A DNA stretch of 64,000 nt from an uncultured Candidatus Saccharibacteria bacterium (GTDB lineage Bacteria; Patescibacteriota; Minisyncoccia; Phycocordibacterales; UBA2100). Positions 9,273 through 19,006 of this stretch are shown here, piece after piece. The stretch covers positions 28,603 through 92,602 of the forward strand of contig CAZELA010000002.1 in assembly GCA_964512835.1 (NCBI GenBank). The letters are read 5' to 3'. The position numbers were made by a program, and so were the translations under genes. Under the pieces are notes generated by a model, which saw nothing but the letters and a program-made list of their open reading frames with translations, was not told where the DNA came from and made no database searches. Position 1 is the stretch's first letter, and every line of letters begins with the position of its first letter.

Positions 9273-10043
9273 ATGATCGCAACCACCGCAGAACAGATCG
9301 AAATATTGCGCGAAGGTGGTCGCCGACTGGCCCGCCACGTCCGCATCATTTCCGAGATGGTGAAGCCGGGTGTTACGTCGGCTGAACTCGAAGCCAAAGC
9401 GCGCGAAATGGTAGAGAAGGACGGCGATGTGCCGGCATTCTTGGGCTACAAGGGTAAGCGCGACGAACAGCCGTACCCGTCGGCGCTCTGCGTCTCCGTG
9501 AACGACGTGATCGTGCACTCGCCGGCCGCAACGAACAATATGCTTATCGAAGAGGGCGATGTCGTATGTATCGACTTCGGCATTCGACACCGCGGATTGT
9601 TCACCGATCATGCACACACGGTCATCGCGGGAGCAACCCATGATCCGGAAGACTTGCGTCTCGTGCGGGGCACACACGAAGCCATGCTCCTCGGTATCGC
9701 AGAAGCGCGTGTCGGCAACACGACCGGCGACATCGGCTACGCAGTGGAACGCTTCGCGAAGAAAAACAAATTCGGATACCCTAAGAATCTTTCGGGACAC
9801 GGCGTGGGGGAGAAAGTCCACGAGGAACCGTATGTGCCGAACTTCGGGGCACCCGGCTCGGGTGATCCGCTTGTCGAAGGTCTGGTGATCGCCATTGAGC
9901 CGATGTTCACCCTGGGTTCCGGCGACTTGTTTGTGGATAAGGACGGGCATTCATACCGCACCAAAGACGGCTCACACGCCGCACACTCCGAACACACGGT
10001 GATCGTTACCGCAGACGGACCGGAGATCCTCACCAAGGAGTAA
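9273..10043 (+). CDS. map: Type I methionine aminopeptidase
   Basis: Pita-bread metalloprotease residues in order (D..D..H..E..E context: CIDFG, HGVGEKVHEEP, IEPM). Confidence 0.9.
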   Translation: MIATTAEQIEILREGGRRLARHVRIISEMVKPGVTSAELEAKAREMVEKDGDVPAFLGYKGKRDEQPYPSALCVSVNDVIVHSPAATNNMLIEEGDVVCIDFGIRHRGLFTDHAHTVIAGATHDPEDLRLVRGTHEAMLLGIAEARVGNTTGDIGYAVERFAKKNKFGYPKNLSGHGVGEKVHEEPYVPNFGAPGSGDPLVEGLVIAIEPMFTLGSGDLFVDKDGHSYRTKDGSHAAHSEHTVIVTADGPEILTKE

Positions 10044-10066
10044 GTATTCAGGGGTATAATCCGCGA

Positions 10067-11353
10067 GTGGCAGACGGAAAGACCGATATTTTGATACTGG
10101 GGAGCGGGGCGCGAGAGCACGCGCTCGCATGGAAGCTCGCACAGTCTCCCCGCGTGGGGACTATCTACGCTGCACCCGGCAATGCCGGCACAGGTTCATT
10201 TTGTAAGAATGTCGACATTCCGGCGACGGACATCCCGCGCCTTGCGGATTTTGCACATCAGCATTCTATCGGTCTGACCGTCGTCGGGCCGGATGAACCG
10301 CTTGCCCTCGGCATAGTCGATCAGTTCAAACGCACCGGATTGCGTATCTTCGGTCCGACGAAAGCGGCCGCGCAGATCGAAAGCTCAAAGGCGTTCGCGA
10401 AGAAGCTGATGCATGAGGCGAAGATACCGACCGCGGCGTACAGCGTATTCACCGATGCGGTACAGGCACAAGGGTACGTGCAGGCCGGGCCGCTCCCGGT
10501 CGTAATCAAGGCAAGCGGTCTTGCGGCCGGCAAAGGCGTTGTCATTGCGCAGACGCATGAAGAGGCGCGTGCGGCGATTGACGACATCATGGTCAAACGC
10601 ATCTTCGGCGATGCCGGCACGTCGGTCGTCGTCGAGGAATTTCTGGAGGGAAATGAGATATCCGTCCATGTCATGACAGACGGCGTTAATTACGCGATAT
10701 TCCCGAGCTCTCAGGACCACAAGCGCATCGGCGAAGGGGACACCGGCAAGAATACCGGCGGCATGGGGGTCATTGCACCCGTGCCCTGGGTGAATTCAGA
10801 TATGATGCTTGCGATCGAGAAGACAATCATCCAACCGCTCATACGGGCCCTCGGTGATCGAGGCATACCGTACCAGGGGGTGCTGTTCCCCGGCATCATG
10901 ATGACGCCCGCAGGTCCGAAGGTTATAGAACTCAATGCGAGGTTCGGTGACCCGGAGTGCCAGACGTACATGCGTATGCTTAACAGCGACCTTATGGATC
11001 TGATCGACGAATGTGTCGACGGCGGCATCGGGACGCATATACCGCGCTGGGATACTGCGGGAACGGTCGGCGTCGTTCTTGCATCGCAGGGCTATCCGGA
11101 TGATTTCCAGACGGGGTTCAAGATAAGCGGCCTCAAGGAGGCGGGTATGAGCGAGAACGTCGTCGTATTCCATGCCGGAACCGTCGCAAACGACGGATTC
11201 TATACCGCCGGCGGTCGGGTACTCACCGTGACCGCGACGGGGTCACCGATCGCAAAAGCACAGGAGCTCGCCTATCGGGCCGTTGAAAAGATAACGTTCG
11301 AGAATAAGTACTACCGTCGCGATATCGGCCAGAAGTCGATTACCGCATCCTAG
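10067..11353 (+). CDS. purD: Phosphoribosylamine--glycine ligase
   Basis: ILILGSGAREHALAWKL N-terminus and an ATP-grasp core. 428 aa. Confidence 0.9.
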   Translation: MADGKTDILILGSGAREHALAWKLAQSPRVGTIYAAPGNAGTGSFCKNVDIPATDIPRLADFAHQHSIGLTVVGPDEPLALGIVDQFKRTGLRIFGPTKAAAQIESSKAFAKKLMHEAKIPTAAYSVFTDAVQAQGYVQAGPLPVVIKASGLAAGKGVVIAQTHEEARAAIDDIMVKRIFGDAGTSVVVEEFLEGNEISVHVMTDGVNYAIFPSSQDHKRIGEGDTGKNTGGMGVIAPVPWVNSDMMLAIEKTIIQPLIRALGDRGIPYQGVLFPGIMMTPAGPKVIELNARFGDPECQTYMRMLNSDLMDLIDECVDGGIGTHIPRWDTAGTVGVVLASQGYPDDFQTGFKISGLKEAGMSENVVVFHAGTVANDGFYTAGGRVLTVTATGSPIAKAQELAYRAVEKITFENKYYRRDIGQKSITAS

Positions 11354-11433
11354 TGTGCGCGGGATGTGCGTCCGATACACACTCGCACGATTACGAACAA
11401 GAGGGACCTGTCACCGCAAGGTATACTTTTTGT

Positions 11434-14241
11434 ATGGAACCGCGGATTCTCAGCGAGCGTATTACGCCGCGCAACAACACCGAGAAATTCAAATCTGCCG
11501 AAGAAGAGCTTGCATACCTGCGCGAGCAGGTGGCACAAAAAGAACGCGAGCTTTCTGTCCAGCCGGGATCGTTCGAAAAGGACCGTATTGCGAAGCGTGA
11601 GATCGCACAGTACGCCGATATTCCGTCTGCGAAGATCCTGCACGAGACCGTCGTCATGCCCGAGCACGAGACCATGCGACAGATCCTGAAGCTCGAGCCC
11701 GAGGCGCATGACAAGCAGCTCGACGGGCTTATTTCTATCGTAGAGACGCAGGGCGTAAAGAACGCGCTCTCGGTCGCCTCGAGGCTCAAGAATCCGCATC
11801 TGGAAGACGATTTTCATCGCCTCCTGGTGCGGTATGTCGCCGAAGGGTTGCCGGATAGCGGCACGGCAGTCGCAGAAAAAGTGAAGCGTGCACTCCACAT
11901 GGTGCTCTTCGAGGTTCGACCTCAGGCTCATGGCGAGAGCGGGGCAAAGGAATCAGGGCAGCAAAGGCTCGAGCACTTGCTCGCGCCGTCGGAGCAACTC
12001 TACGCAGGACTCCTCACGTTTATAGACGGTACGGAGGGATTTTCGCTCGAGATCGCCGTTCCGCAGGGATCCGAGAGCGCAACGCTCTACCTTGCGGTGC
12101 CGCGCGAAAAACGTACGCTCGCAGAACGGCTCATCACGTCGGTCTTTCCGAACGCGACAATTTCAGAGAGTCGCGGCGACTACAACATATTTGATTACGA
12201 GGGATCGCATGCCGCCTCGTATGCCGTGCTCGCGAAGCACCACGCGTTTCCCGTTAAGACTCCGGATATGTTTGAGCACGATCCCATGAACCTCGTGCTG
12301 GCGGCATTTGCCAAGATTGCGAAGCACGGGGAAGGTGCCGCCATCCAGTTGATCGTGGGATCCGAAGGGGATCGTTACAATCACTACTACAAGAAGGTTG
12401 TCCGCGAGCTCGAGAACGGCAAAGAGATCAACGAAGCGCTCAAGGTGCCGGAGACGGAGATTGGTGAGGCGCTGCGCGATGTGGCAAAACACATCTTCTC
12501 GTCATCGCACGAGACACATCAGTCTGCTCATGCGGTTGATAAGGTGGCAATGGACGAAATATCGCGAAAAATGCAGACCCGTGTTGCGCCTGTCGTGGTG
12601 CGTATCGTCGCATCAGCAAAAGTCCCCGCACGCGCGGATGAAATGCTCGCGAATCTCGAATCGGCGCTGAGCCAATTTGATAATCCGAAGGGAAACCATT
12701 TTGAGTTTGAGCGCGTCTCAAGCTGGGGGTTGAATTCGTTTTTGCATGACTACACTTTCCGCTCGTTCAATGCATCGATCGCGCAGCCGCTCTCGCTCGC
12801 CGAACTCAGTGCCATGTTCCATTTCACCGCTGAACGTGTGACGACGTCGCGCGAGCTGAAAAAGTCGCACGGTAAGCAGGCGCCGGCACCAGTCGATATG
12901 GGTACAGAAGGTATTGTGCTCGGAAAGAACCGCTATGGCGCGGATGAGAGCGAGATTCACTTTGCACCCGCAGATCGCCTGCGTCACTGCTACATAATCG
13001 GTCAGACCGGTACCGGTAAGACAGGCTTCATTACGAACATGATCCTGCAGGATATCCGGAACGGGGAAGGGGTCGCGTTCATTGACCCGCACGGGAGTGA
13101 TATTGAGAACATTCTGTCCGCCATACCGGAGGAACGAAAAAAGGACGTCATTTACTTTGACCCGGCGTATTCTGCGATGCCCATGGGGCTCAATATGCTT
13201 GAGTACGACACTTCGAAGCCCGAGATGAAGTCGTTTGTGATCGACGAGGTGTATGGCGTATTTCGCCAGCTTTACTCCGATGTGCCGGAGGCGTTCGGGC
13301 CGATGTTCGAACAGTACTACCGAAACGCGGTACAGCTCGTCGTCGAGGACCCGGCGACCGGCAGCACATTCGTAGAGATTCCCCGTGTATTCGCCGACAA
13401 AGCGTTCCGGGACCTCAAGATCTCCCGCTGCAACAATCCGATCGTCGTGCAATTTTGGCGGAAGATCGCAGAGGCGGCCGAGGGGGATGCGGGGCTCGAG
13501 AGTATTGCGCCATACATCACGAGTAAATTCGACGCCTTTCTTTCCCACGACATCATGCGACCGATCGTTGCGCAGGAGAAGTCCGCGTTTAACTTCCGCG
13601 AGATCATGGATGGAAAAAAGATATTCCTCGCAAACCTGTCGAAGGGGCGTCTTGGTGATAAGAATGCGGCCCTCCTGGGGCTCGTAATCGTGTCGAAGTT
13701 TTTGCAGGCCGCGTTCTCGCGTGCGGACACCCGCGAGGTGCTTCCGCCGCACTACCTGTACATCGATGAGTTCCAGAATTTCGTCACGCCGTCGATTTCG
13801 ACCATTCTCTCTGAGGCCCGAAAATACAAACTTTCACTTACGGTAGCGCACCAGTTCATGGCGCAGCTCGAAGACGAGATCCGTGATGCGGTCATCGGTA
13901 ACGTCGGTACAAAGATCGCGATGCGTGTCGGAACGACCGATGCGGAATTCCTCGAAAAGCAGTTTTTGCCCGAGTTCACCGCCAAAGATCTCGAGCAGCT
14001 CCCGAACCGTACCGGTGTTGCCGCGATGCTTGTGAACGGGGTGCCGGCAAAGCCATTTACGGTGGAGACCCTGCAATTGCCCGAATTCGATCACTCACAT
14101 CTCGAGGAGATTAAACAACAGTCATACGAGCGGTACGGTGTGCCGCGCGAAGCGGTCGAGGCCGAAATACGTCGCAAGTTCGGGTTCGGCACTCAGTCTG
14201 ACGCCCCGGTGCGGAGCCCTATTTCATCCCTCATGAATTAG
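11434..14241 (+). CDS. P-loop ATPase of the TraG/TraD/VirD4 (type IV coupling protein, FtsK-HerA superfamily) type with a roughly 500-aa uncharacterised N-terminal region
   Basis: Walker A YIIGQTGTGKTGF, Walker B LYIDEFQNF and a downstream AHQ motif lie in the C-terminal half. The N-terminal half has no recognisable motif. Start trimmed to Met28 (MEPRIL), which is preceded by a TATACT -10-like box. Confidence 0.55.
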   Translation: MEPRILSERITPRNNTEKFKSAEEELAYLREQVAQKERELSVQPGSFEKDRIAKREIAQYADIPSAKILHETVVMPEHETMRQILKLEPEAHDKQLDGLISIVETQGVKNALSVASRLKNPHLEDDFHRLLVRYVAEGLPDSGTAVAEKVKRALHMVLFEVRPQAHGESGAKESGQQRLEHLLAPSEQLYAGLLTFIDGTEGFSLEIAVPQGSESATLYLAVPREKRTLAERLITSVFPNATISESRGDYNIFDYEGSHAASYAVLAKHHAFPVKTPDMFEHDPMNLVLAAFAKIAKHGEGAAIQLIVGSEGDRYNHYYKKVVRELENGKEINEALKVPETEIGEALRDVAKHIFSSSHETHQSAHAVDKVAMDEISRKMQTRVAPVVVRIVASAKVPARADEMLANLESALSQFDNPKGNHFEFERVSSWGLNSFLHDYTFRSFNASIAQPLSLAELSAMFHFTAERVTTSRELKKSHGKQAPAPVDMGTEGIVLGKNRYGADESEIHFAPADRLRHCYIIGQTGTGKTGFITNMILQDIRNGEGVAFIDPHGSDIENILSAIPEERKKDVIYFDPAYSAMPMGLNMLEYDTSKPEMKSFVIDEVYGVFRQLYSDVPEAFGPMFEQYYRNAVQLVVEDPATGSTFVEIPRVFADKAFRDLKISRCNNPIVVQFWRKIAEAAEGDAGLESIAPYITSKFDAFLSHDIMRPIVAQEKSAFNFREIMDGKKIFLANLSKGRLGDKNAALLGLVIVSKFLQAAFSRADTREVLPPHYLYIDEFQNFVTPSISTILSEARKYKLSLTVAHQFMAQLEDEIRDAVIGNVGTKIAMRVGTTDAEFLEKQFLPEFTAKDLEQLPNRTGVAAMLVNGVPAKPFTVETLQLPEFDHSHLEEIKQQSYERYGVPREAVEAEIRRKFGFGTQSDAPVRSPISSLMN

Positions 14242-14279
14242 GGACTTTCGCTCGGCGGTGTCGCGGGTATACTGGGCCC

Positions 14280-14666
14280 ATGAAGAAATCCTTGCTCGCA
14301 ATCGTGATCGTGCTCGGTGTACTGGTGCCATCATTCGCATCCGCGGATTCATACGGCGTCGAACCGACGCTCGGCCAGCTACTCACACGCATTGCAGCCT
14401 TACAGGCGTTGATTTCCCATGAAGAGATCAATTGTGCCGTGACGGCGACAAAAAGTGCCGTAAAGGTAGGTGAGGTGTTCACGATCGCGTGGGGTTCCTA
14501 TGGAGCAGATGCGAAGTATTCCAACGATCCGCAGAATGCGTATCCGCAAAACGGTGAACAAACGATGCGCATTACTACGCCCGAGGTCAGAACATATCAT
14601 TTTACGTTCTATGGCCCGAATGGTTTGAAGAAGACCTGCGACCAGACGATATCAGTGTCAGCCTAG
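14280..14666 (+). CDS. Small secreted protein (signal peptide, conserved LLxxIxxLQAL motif)
   Basis: Signal peptide MKKSLLAIVIVLGVLVPSFASA, then TLGQLLTRIAALQALI, which resembles the N-terminal module of the two large surface proteins at 40736 and 41957. Confidence 0.5.
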   Translation: MKKSLLAIVIVLGVLVPSFASADSYGVEPTLGQLLTRIAALQALISHEEINCAVTATKSAVKVGEVFTIAWGSYGADAKYSNDPQNAYPQNGEQTMRITTPEVRTYHFTFYGPNGLKKTCDQTISVSA

Positions 14667-14699
14667 AAAACGGCGCTCGCGCGTGCTATATTGCCGCGC

Positions 14700-15308
14700 A
14701 TGAATAACACACATCCGAAGAAGGAACGAACCTTCGTCATGATCAAGCCGGACGGCGTGCAGCGCGCGCTTGTCGGCGAAATTATCAAGCGCTACGAGCG
14801 AACGGGCCTCAAGCTTGTCGGTCTCAAGATCTGCCTCGCGGACGAAAAGAAGCTCTGGGAACACTACGGCAAGGACGACGCGTGGTTCCTCAAAAAGGGT
14901 ACGAAGATCGCGGAGGACAAGAAGGCCAACGGCCTTCCGGTCACGAAGGAGCCGATTGAATACGGAAAAGACATTATCGGTCAGCTCGTGAAGTTTATGA
15001 CGAGCGGCCCGGTTATTCAGATGGTCTGGGAAGGGAATCAGGCAGCAGCCGTCGTCGTAAAGCTCACTGGTACAACGGAACCGGCCACGTCGGATGTGGG
15101 CACGATCCGAGGAGACCTCACCATCGATTCCTACGAAATCGCAGCGGTCGACGATCGCGCAGTCCGAAATCTTATCCACTGCTCGGAGAGCGCAGCAGAA
15201 GCGCAGCGTGAGCTCGGTATCTGGTTCACCGAATCAGAGATCATCAGCTACCGGCAGTTGGCCGAGGAGACGCTCTACGACATCAATCTCGACGGCATCC
15301 TCGAGTAA
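14700..15308 (+). CDS. ndk: Nucleoside diphosphate kinase, long form with an insertion
   Basis: TFVMIKPDGVQRALVGEIIKRYERTGLKLVGLK, and a catalytic His in the NLIHCSES context. About 60 aa longer than the canonical enzyme. Confidence 0.85.
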   Translation: MNNTHPKKERTFVMIKPDGVQRALVGEIIKRYERTGLKLVGLKICLADEKKLWEHYGKDDAWFLKKGTKIAEDKKANGLPVTKEPIEYGKDIIGQLVKFMTSGPVIQMVWEGNQAAAVVVKLTGTTEPATSDVGTIRGDLTIDSYEIAAVDDRAVRNLIHCSESAAEAQRELGIWFTESEIISYRQLAEETLYDINLDGILE

Positions 15309-15375
15309 TAGAAACGAACAGCGAGAAAACCAACGGGCCACTAGCCCGTTGTTTTCATAGAGGTACAATATCGCC

Positions 15376-15669
15376 ATGGCAATGGAATACCTGCATCAAT
15401 CGACGTACGGGCATGTCGGCGGCTTTCATACCGCAAAGCCCATCATGGCTATGGATCGAGATCGGGGACACATTTACGACATCAAGAACGGTGTTGTAGA
15501 TACTTCGAAACCGATATTTGCAATGAAGGGTGATAAGGCGTACGCGACAGACCATCACCCGAATGGACCATCGACCCGAGCAATGTTCCATGTGAAGGGG
15601 GACAAGCTCCACACGACCGTCGACCACCCGTTCCACAGCTCGATCTACGAACTCAAAAAACATCTGTAG
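15376..15669 (+). CDS. Hypothetical small His-rich protein with three internal repeats
   Basis: Repeats of the form KPI(M/F)AM(D/K)..., RAMFHVKGDK...HTT. No family recognised. Confidence 0.3.
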   Translation: MAMEYLHQSTYGHVGGFHTAKPIMAMDRDRGHIYDIKNGVVDTSKPIFAMKGDKAYATDHHPNGPSTRAMFHVKGDKLHTTVDHPFHSSIYELKKHL

Positions 15670-15689
15670 CGTGTTGTAATCGCTTCCCG

Positions 15690-15905
15690 AAAAACGGGAT
15701 TTGCTATACTCACCATCGCGGCAGGTACTAAAACCTGCTTAGTAAAGATAAGGGCGGCCCTCTATACGCGGTCTTCCACTGAGAGTCCCGGTCCTTTGAT
15801 AGGGAATTTCAAACGAAACCGGTGCGGGCTCCCACCTGGACTTCAGAGCCGGGCTTTACTGTATCTGCCGCATCAGAAAACGCCTCCGCACGGAGGCGTT
15901 TTTTG
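15690..15905 (+). ncRNA. Candidate structured leader RNA or small RNA ending in a strong intrinsic terminator
   Basis: About 215 nt non-coding stretch with a -10-like TATACT, several hairpins (gcaggtactaaaacctgc) and a terminal terminator aaaacgcctccgcacggaggcgtttttt directly in front of a membrane-protein gene. Confidence 0.3.
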
Positions 15906-15906
15906 A

Positions 15907-16323
15907 ATGTTAGAATCTAGACTCATGCTCGTTTCCGCATTGACCCGTCGGTACGTGTACGCGGCGACGATTTCGCTTGCGCTCGTTGTCCTCGCCTTTT
16001 CTGTTTGTGATATGCGGTACGAACTTTCGTATCGCATTTGGTGGTGGGATTCACTTGAACATGCCCTCGGGGGCGTATGCATCGGCTTCTTTGCTCTCAC
16101 CGGAATCGAGATCTTGAAGATCCGTCGGCATCGTCTCGCATGGGTCCTCTGTGGGGTACTGGTCGCCGGACTTGCATGGGAGTTGATGGAATACCTGACC
16201 GGACTGACGGATTCTCCGTTTATGAGCTATCCCATGGATTCGCTCAAGGATGTGATACTCGACCTCATGGGCGGATACCTTGCGGCACGTATCGGTCACG
16301 CAATGCACATGATGTACCTATGA
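15907..16323 (+). CDS. Small integral membrane protein (four predicted transmembrane segments, possibly VanZ-like)
   Basis: Hydrophobic segments and a WWWDSLEHALGG motif. The real start may be the internal Met at 15925. Confidence 0.35.
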   Translation: MLESRLMLVSALTRRYVYAATISLALVVLAFSVCDMRYELSYRIWWWDSLEHALGGVCIGFFALTGIEILKIRRHRLAWVLCGVLVAGLAWELMEYLTGLTDSPFMSYPMDSLKDVILDLMGGYLAARIGHAMHMMYL

Positions 16324-17678
16324 CATCGAAGATAACGTTCTACGGGGGCGCGGGTTCCGTGACGGGGGCTAATTTCTTGCTCGACACCGGGACGGCAAAG
16401 ATCCTTGTGGACTGCGGCACGGTCGCGGTAGACCCGTCGCCGCAGGACGCGAACCACGAACCGTTCGGATACGATGTTCGGGCAGTTACGGCACTGATTG
16501 TGACGCACGCGCATGCGGATCATATCGGGCGCATACCGAAACTCGTGCGCGACGGTTTTCATGGTGTGATCTACTCGACCGGTGCCACGCGCGACATCGC
16601 CGAGATCATGTTCGACGATGCGCTCCATATCATGCGCGAAGAAGAGGAAACGACCGGCACTCCGGCACTCTACGATGCCGACGATATCGAGCGCACGATG
16701 GCGCTCTGGAAAACTCATCGATACCACGAACCGTTCCGTATCGGTGATGTCTCGGTTGAGTACGCTGACGCAGGGCATATCCTCGGTTCGGCGCTCATAC
16801 GCATCTCGCGAGGCGGGCGAACCGTCATGTTCACCGGTGACCTCGGTAATACACCCGAGCCGCTCCTGCGCGATACGGAATCTCCGGAGGGGGCGAATTA
16901 CCTGGTCATGGAAAGCGTATACGGTGACCGTTTGCACGAGGAGCGCGATGACCGAAAAGAGGTGCTCCGGAGTGCGATCGAAGATATCCGTGTACGGAAG
17001 GGGACGCTCCTTATACCGTCGTTCTCCGTTGAGCGAACGCAGGTGCTGTTATACGAAATCCACGCGATGCTATCCGACGGTTCCATGGCGCCGATACCGA
17101 TCTATCTGGATTCTCCGCTTGCTGCACGCGTGACGCCGATATTCAGGTCATATGCCGAAGATCTGAATGCGGACGCGCAGGCAATGATGTCGTCCGAAGG
17201 CGACCTGTTCACCTTTGAGGGGCTGACGATCACGAAGAATAAGAACGAATCGAATGCGATCCACAAGGAGCCTGCCCCGAAGGTAATCATAGCGGGGGCG
17301 GGGATGTCTGCGGGCGGCCGCATTCGTGCACACGAGGCGCAGTATCTCGGTGACAAAAATGCGACAGTGCTCTTCGTCGGCTATCAGGCTCCCGGAACGC
17401 TCGGACGACGGCTTCAGGACGGTGCGAACAAGGTGCATATCGACGGCGAATATATTCGGGTGCACGCCTCAATCGCGAGTCTTTCGGGGTATTCCGGTCA
17501 CGCAGACCGTGATCAGCTCATGCAGTTCGTCGAAAATACCGGGGACTCGCTCGAGAAAGTGTTCGTTACGATGGGGGAGACGAAGGCATCGCTCTTTCTC
17601 GCACAGCGCATCACTGATTTTCTCGGTGTAAGTGCATATGTTCCGAAAAAAGCGGAGACACAGACCATCGACTTATAA
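16320..17678 (+). CDS. Metallo-beta-lactamase fold / beta-CASP family RNA-processing hydrolase
   Basis: Start trimmed to MTSKITFYGGAGSVTG. Has the HAHADH zinc motif and a later beta-CASP-like region. 452 aa. Confidence 0.7.
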   Translation: MTSKITFYGGAGSVTGANFLLDTGTAKILVDCGTVAVDPSPQDANHEPFGYDVRAVTALIVTHAHADHIGRIPKLVRDGFHGVIYSTGATRDIAEIMFDDALHIMREEEETTGTPALYDADDIERTMALWKTHRYHEPFRIGDVSVEYADAGHILGSALIRISRGGRTVMFTGDLGNTPEPLLRDTESPEGANYLVMESVYGDRLHEERDDRKEVLRSAIEDIRVRKGTLLIPSFSVERTQVLLYEIHAMLSDGSMAPIPIYLDSPLAARVTPIFRSYAEDLNADAQAMMSSEGDLFTFEGLTITKNKNESNAIHKEPAPKVIIAGAGMSAGGRIRAHEAQYLGDKNATVLFVGYQAPGTLGRRLQDGANKVHIDGEYIRVHASIASLSGYSGHADRDQLMQFVENTGDSLEKVFVTMGETKASLFLAQRITDFLGVSAYVPKKAETQTIDL

Positions 17679-17701
17679 ACTGGTGGTATACTGACTCAAC
17701 A

Positions 17702-18388
17702 ATGATTAAGAAGCGTTTAATGCACCCGAATCACACCGCGGTGCCGCAGAACTTCTGCAGGCTTCCCGATGGGTACGGTGTCGTGAAGATCGGCGTCTCC
17801 GGCGCCGCAGACACGACCTACGCCGGACTCGACGCATTTGAAAAGGCAAAAGAGATCGGCCGCGAAATCGCGCGTCACGGCGCCATCATTACAACCGGTG
17901 CAACAACCGGCTTTCCGCTGTATGCAGCCATGGGAGCAAAAGACGAATGCGGTTTTTCTATAGGATTTTCTCCTGCTGCTACCGAGCGTGAACACGTAGA
18001 GACCTACCAGCTGCCGCTCGATTTCATGGATGTGGTTATGTACACCGGATTCGGGTATTCGGGCCGCGACCTCCTCTTTGTGAGGTCTTCTGACGCAATG
18101 GTCATCGGTCCGGGCCGAATCGGCACTATCAATGAGTTTGCCGTAGCGTTCGAAGATCACCGCCCGATCGGGGTACTTCGCAGCCAGTCCGATACGGATG
18201 AGTTGCTCGAGCTCATCATTGATGCTGCACATCGACCCAATACGAACATAGTATTTGAAACCGACCCGAAAGCGCTCGTTGAGCAGCTCATCGAAAAGGT
18301 CATGAAGATGAAAGAGGGGACCAACCTGGTATTCAACAACCACGACGGATGGTCTGCGACCGGCAAGAACGCCGACGTGATCCTGTAG
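17702..18388 (+). CDS. LOG/TIGR00725-like Rossmann-fold nucleotide-binding protein
   Basis: PGRIGTINEF motif (compare the LOG PGGxGTxxE motif) and a Rossmann-like glycine-rich N-terminus. Confidence 0.5.
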   Translation: MIKKRLMHPNHTAVPQNFCRLPDGYGVVKIGVSGAADTTYAGLDAFEKAKEIGREIARHGAIITTGATTGFPLYAAMGAKDECGFSIGFSPAATEREHVETYQLPLDFMDVVMYTGFGYSGRDLLFVRSSDAMVIGPGRIGTINEFAVAFEDHRPIGVLRSQSDTDELLELIIDAAHRPNTNIVFETDPKALVEQLIEKVMKMKEGTNLVFNNHDGWSATGKNADVIL

Positions 18389-18397
18389 CAGGACAGA

Positions 18398-18429
18398 TCG
18401 AAAAACGACTCCTTTCGGAGTCGTTTTTT
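18398..18429. terminator. Bidirectional intrinsic terminator
   Basis: aaaaacgactcctttcggagtcgtttttt between convergent genes. Confidence 0.6.
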
Positions 18430-18430
18430 G

Positions 18431-18781
18431 TTAGTCTTTCTTGAGGGTGGCTGCGAAGCGGGTGAATGCTTCCGGGTGATCCTTTGCAAGTCCTGCGAGG
18501 GCCTTGCGGTCGATCGTAATGCCGGCGGCTTTTATGGCACCGATGAACTTCGAGTACGACCATCCTGCCTCGCGGGCAGCCGCATTGATGCGGAGGGTGA
18601 ACAGATTGCGGTAGAGGCGCTTCTTGGTGCGTCGATCGCGGAATGCGTGGGTTCCTGCATGAAAGATCGCATCCTTTGCCATGCGCTCCTTGGTTGAGCG
18701 ACCGAAGCGGTAGCCCTTTACCATCTTGAGCGTATTCTTGCGGCGCTTATTTGCTGTGACTCCTCGTTTTACTCGTGCCAT
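18431..18781 (-). CDS. rplT: 50S ribosomal protein L20
   Basis: MARVKRGVTANKRRKNTLKMVKGYRF... Confidence 0.9.
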   Translation of the reverse strand: MARVKRGVTANKRRKNTLKMVKGYRFGRSTKERMAKDAIFHAGTHAFRDRRTKKRLYRNLFTLRINAAAREAGWSYSKFIGAIKAAGITIDRKALAGLAKDHPEAFTRFAATLKKD

Positions 18782-18787
18782 ATATGA

Positions 18788-19000
18788 TTATTCAGTTGAT
18801 TCCTTCTGGGTGTTCGGTGTGCCTGCAAGGAAGCGGGATCGGAGGACGTTCGACATCTTCATGTCGACCGGTCGACCCTTTCGGAGGCGTACGGTAGAAG
18901 AGCGCTTCGCGTTGAAGTGGTTATTACCCGGTGCTCGGGCAACGATCTTACCCTTGCGGGTCACGCGCAGGCGCTTTGTGAATGACTTGTTGGTTTTCAT
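18788..19000 (-). CDS. rpmI: 50S ribosomal protein L35
   Basis: MKTNKSFTKRLRVTRKGKIVARAPGNNHFNAKRS... Confidence 0.85.
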   Translation of the reverse strand: MKTNKSFTKRLRVTRKGKIVARAPGNNHFNAKRSSTVRLRKGRPVDMKMSNVLRSRFLAGTPNTQKESTE

Positions 19001-19006
19001 ACAAAT

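Noticed and set aside
15760-15830. Possible TPP riboswitch (CUGAGAG and CCUUUGA...UAGGGAA fragments)
   Set aside because: The pyrimidine-sensor helix and the GGGGUGCCC element are missing. The resemblance is partial, so it is reported only as a generic structured-RNA candidate.
16077-16319. Upstream extension of the MBL/beta-CASP hydrolase ORF (533 aa in the track)
   Set aside because: The extension overlaps the preceding membrane-protein gene and has poor composition. The conserved fold begins at the Met at 16320.
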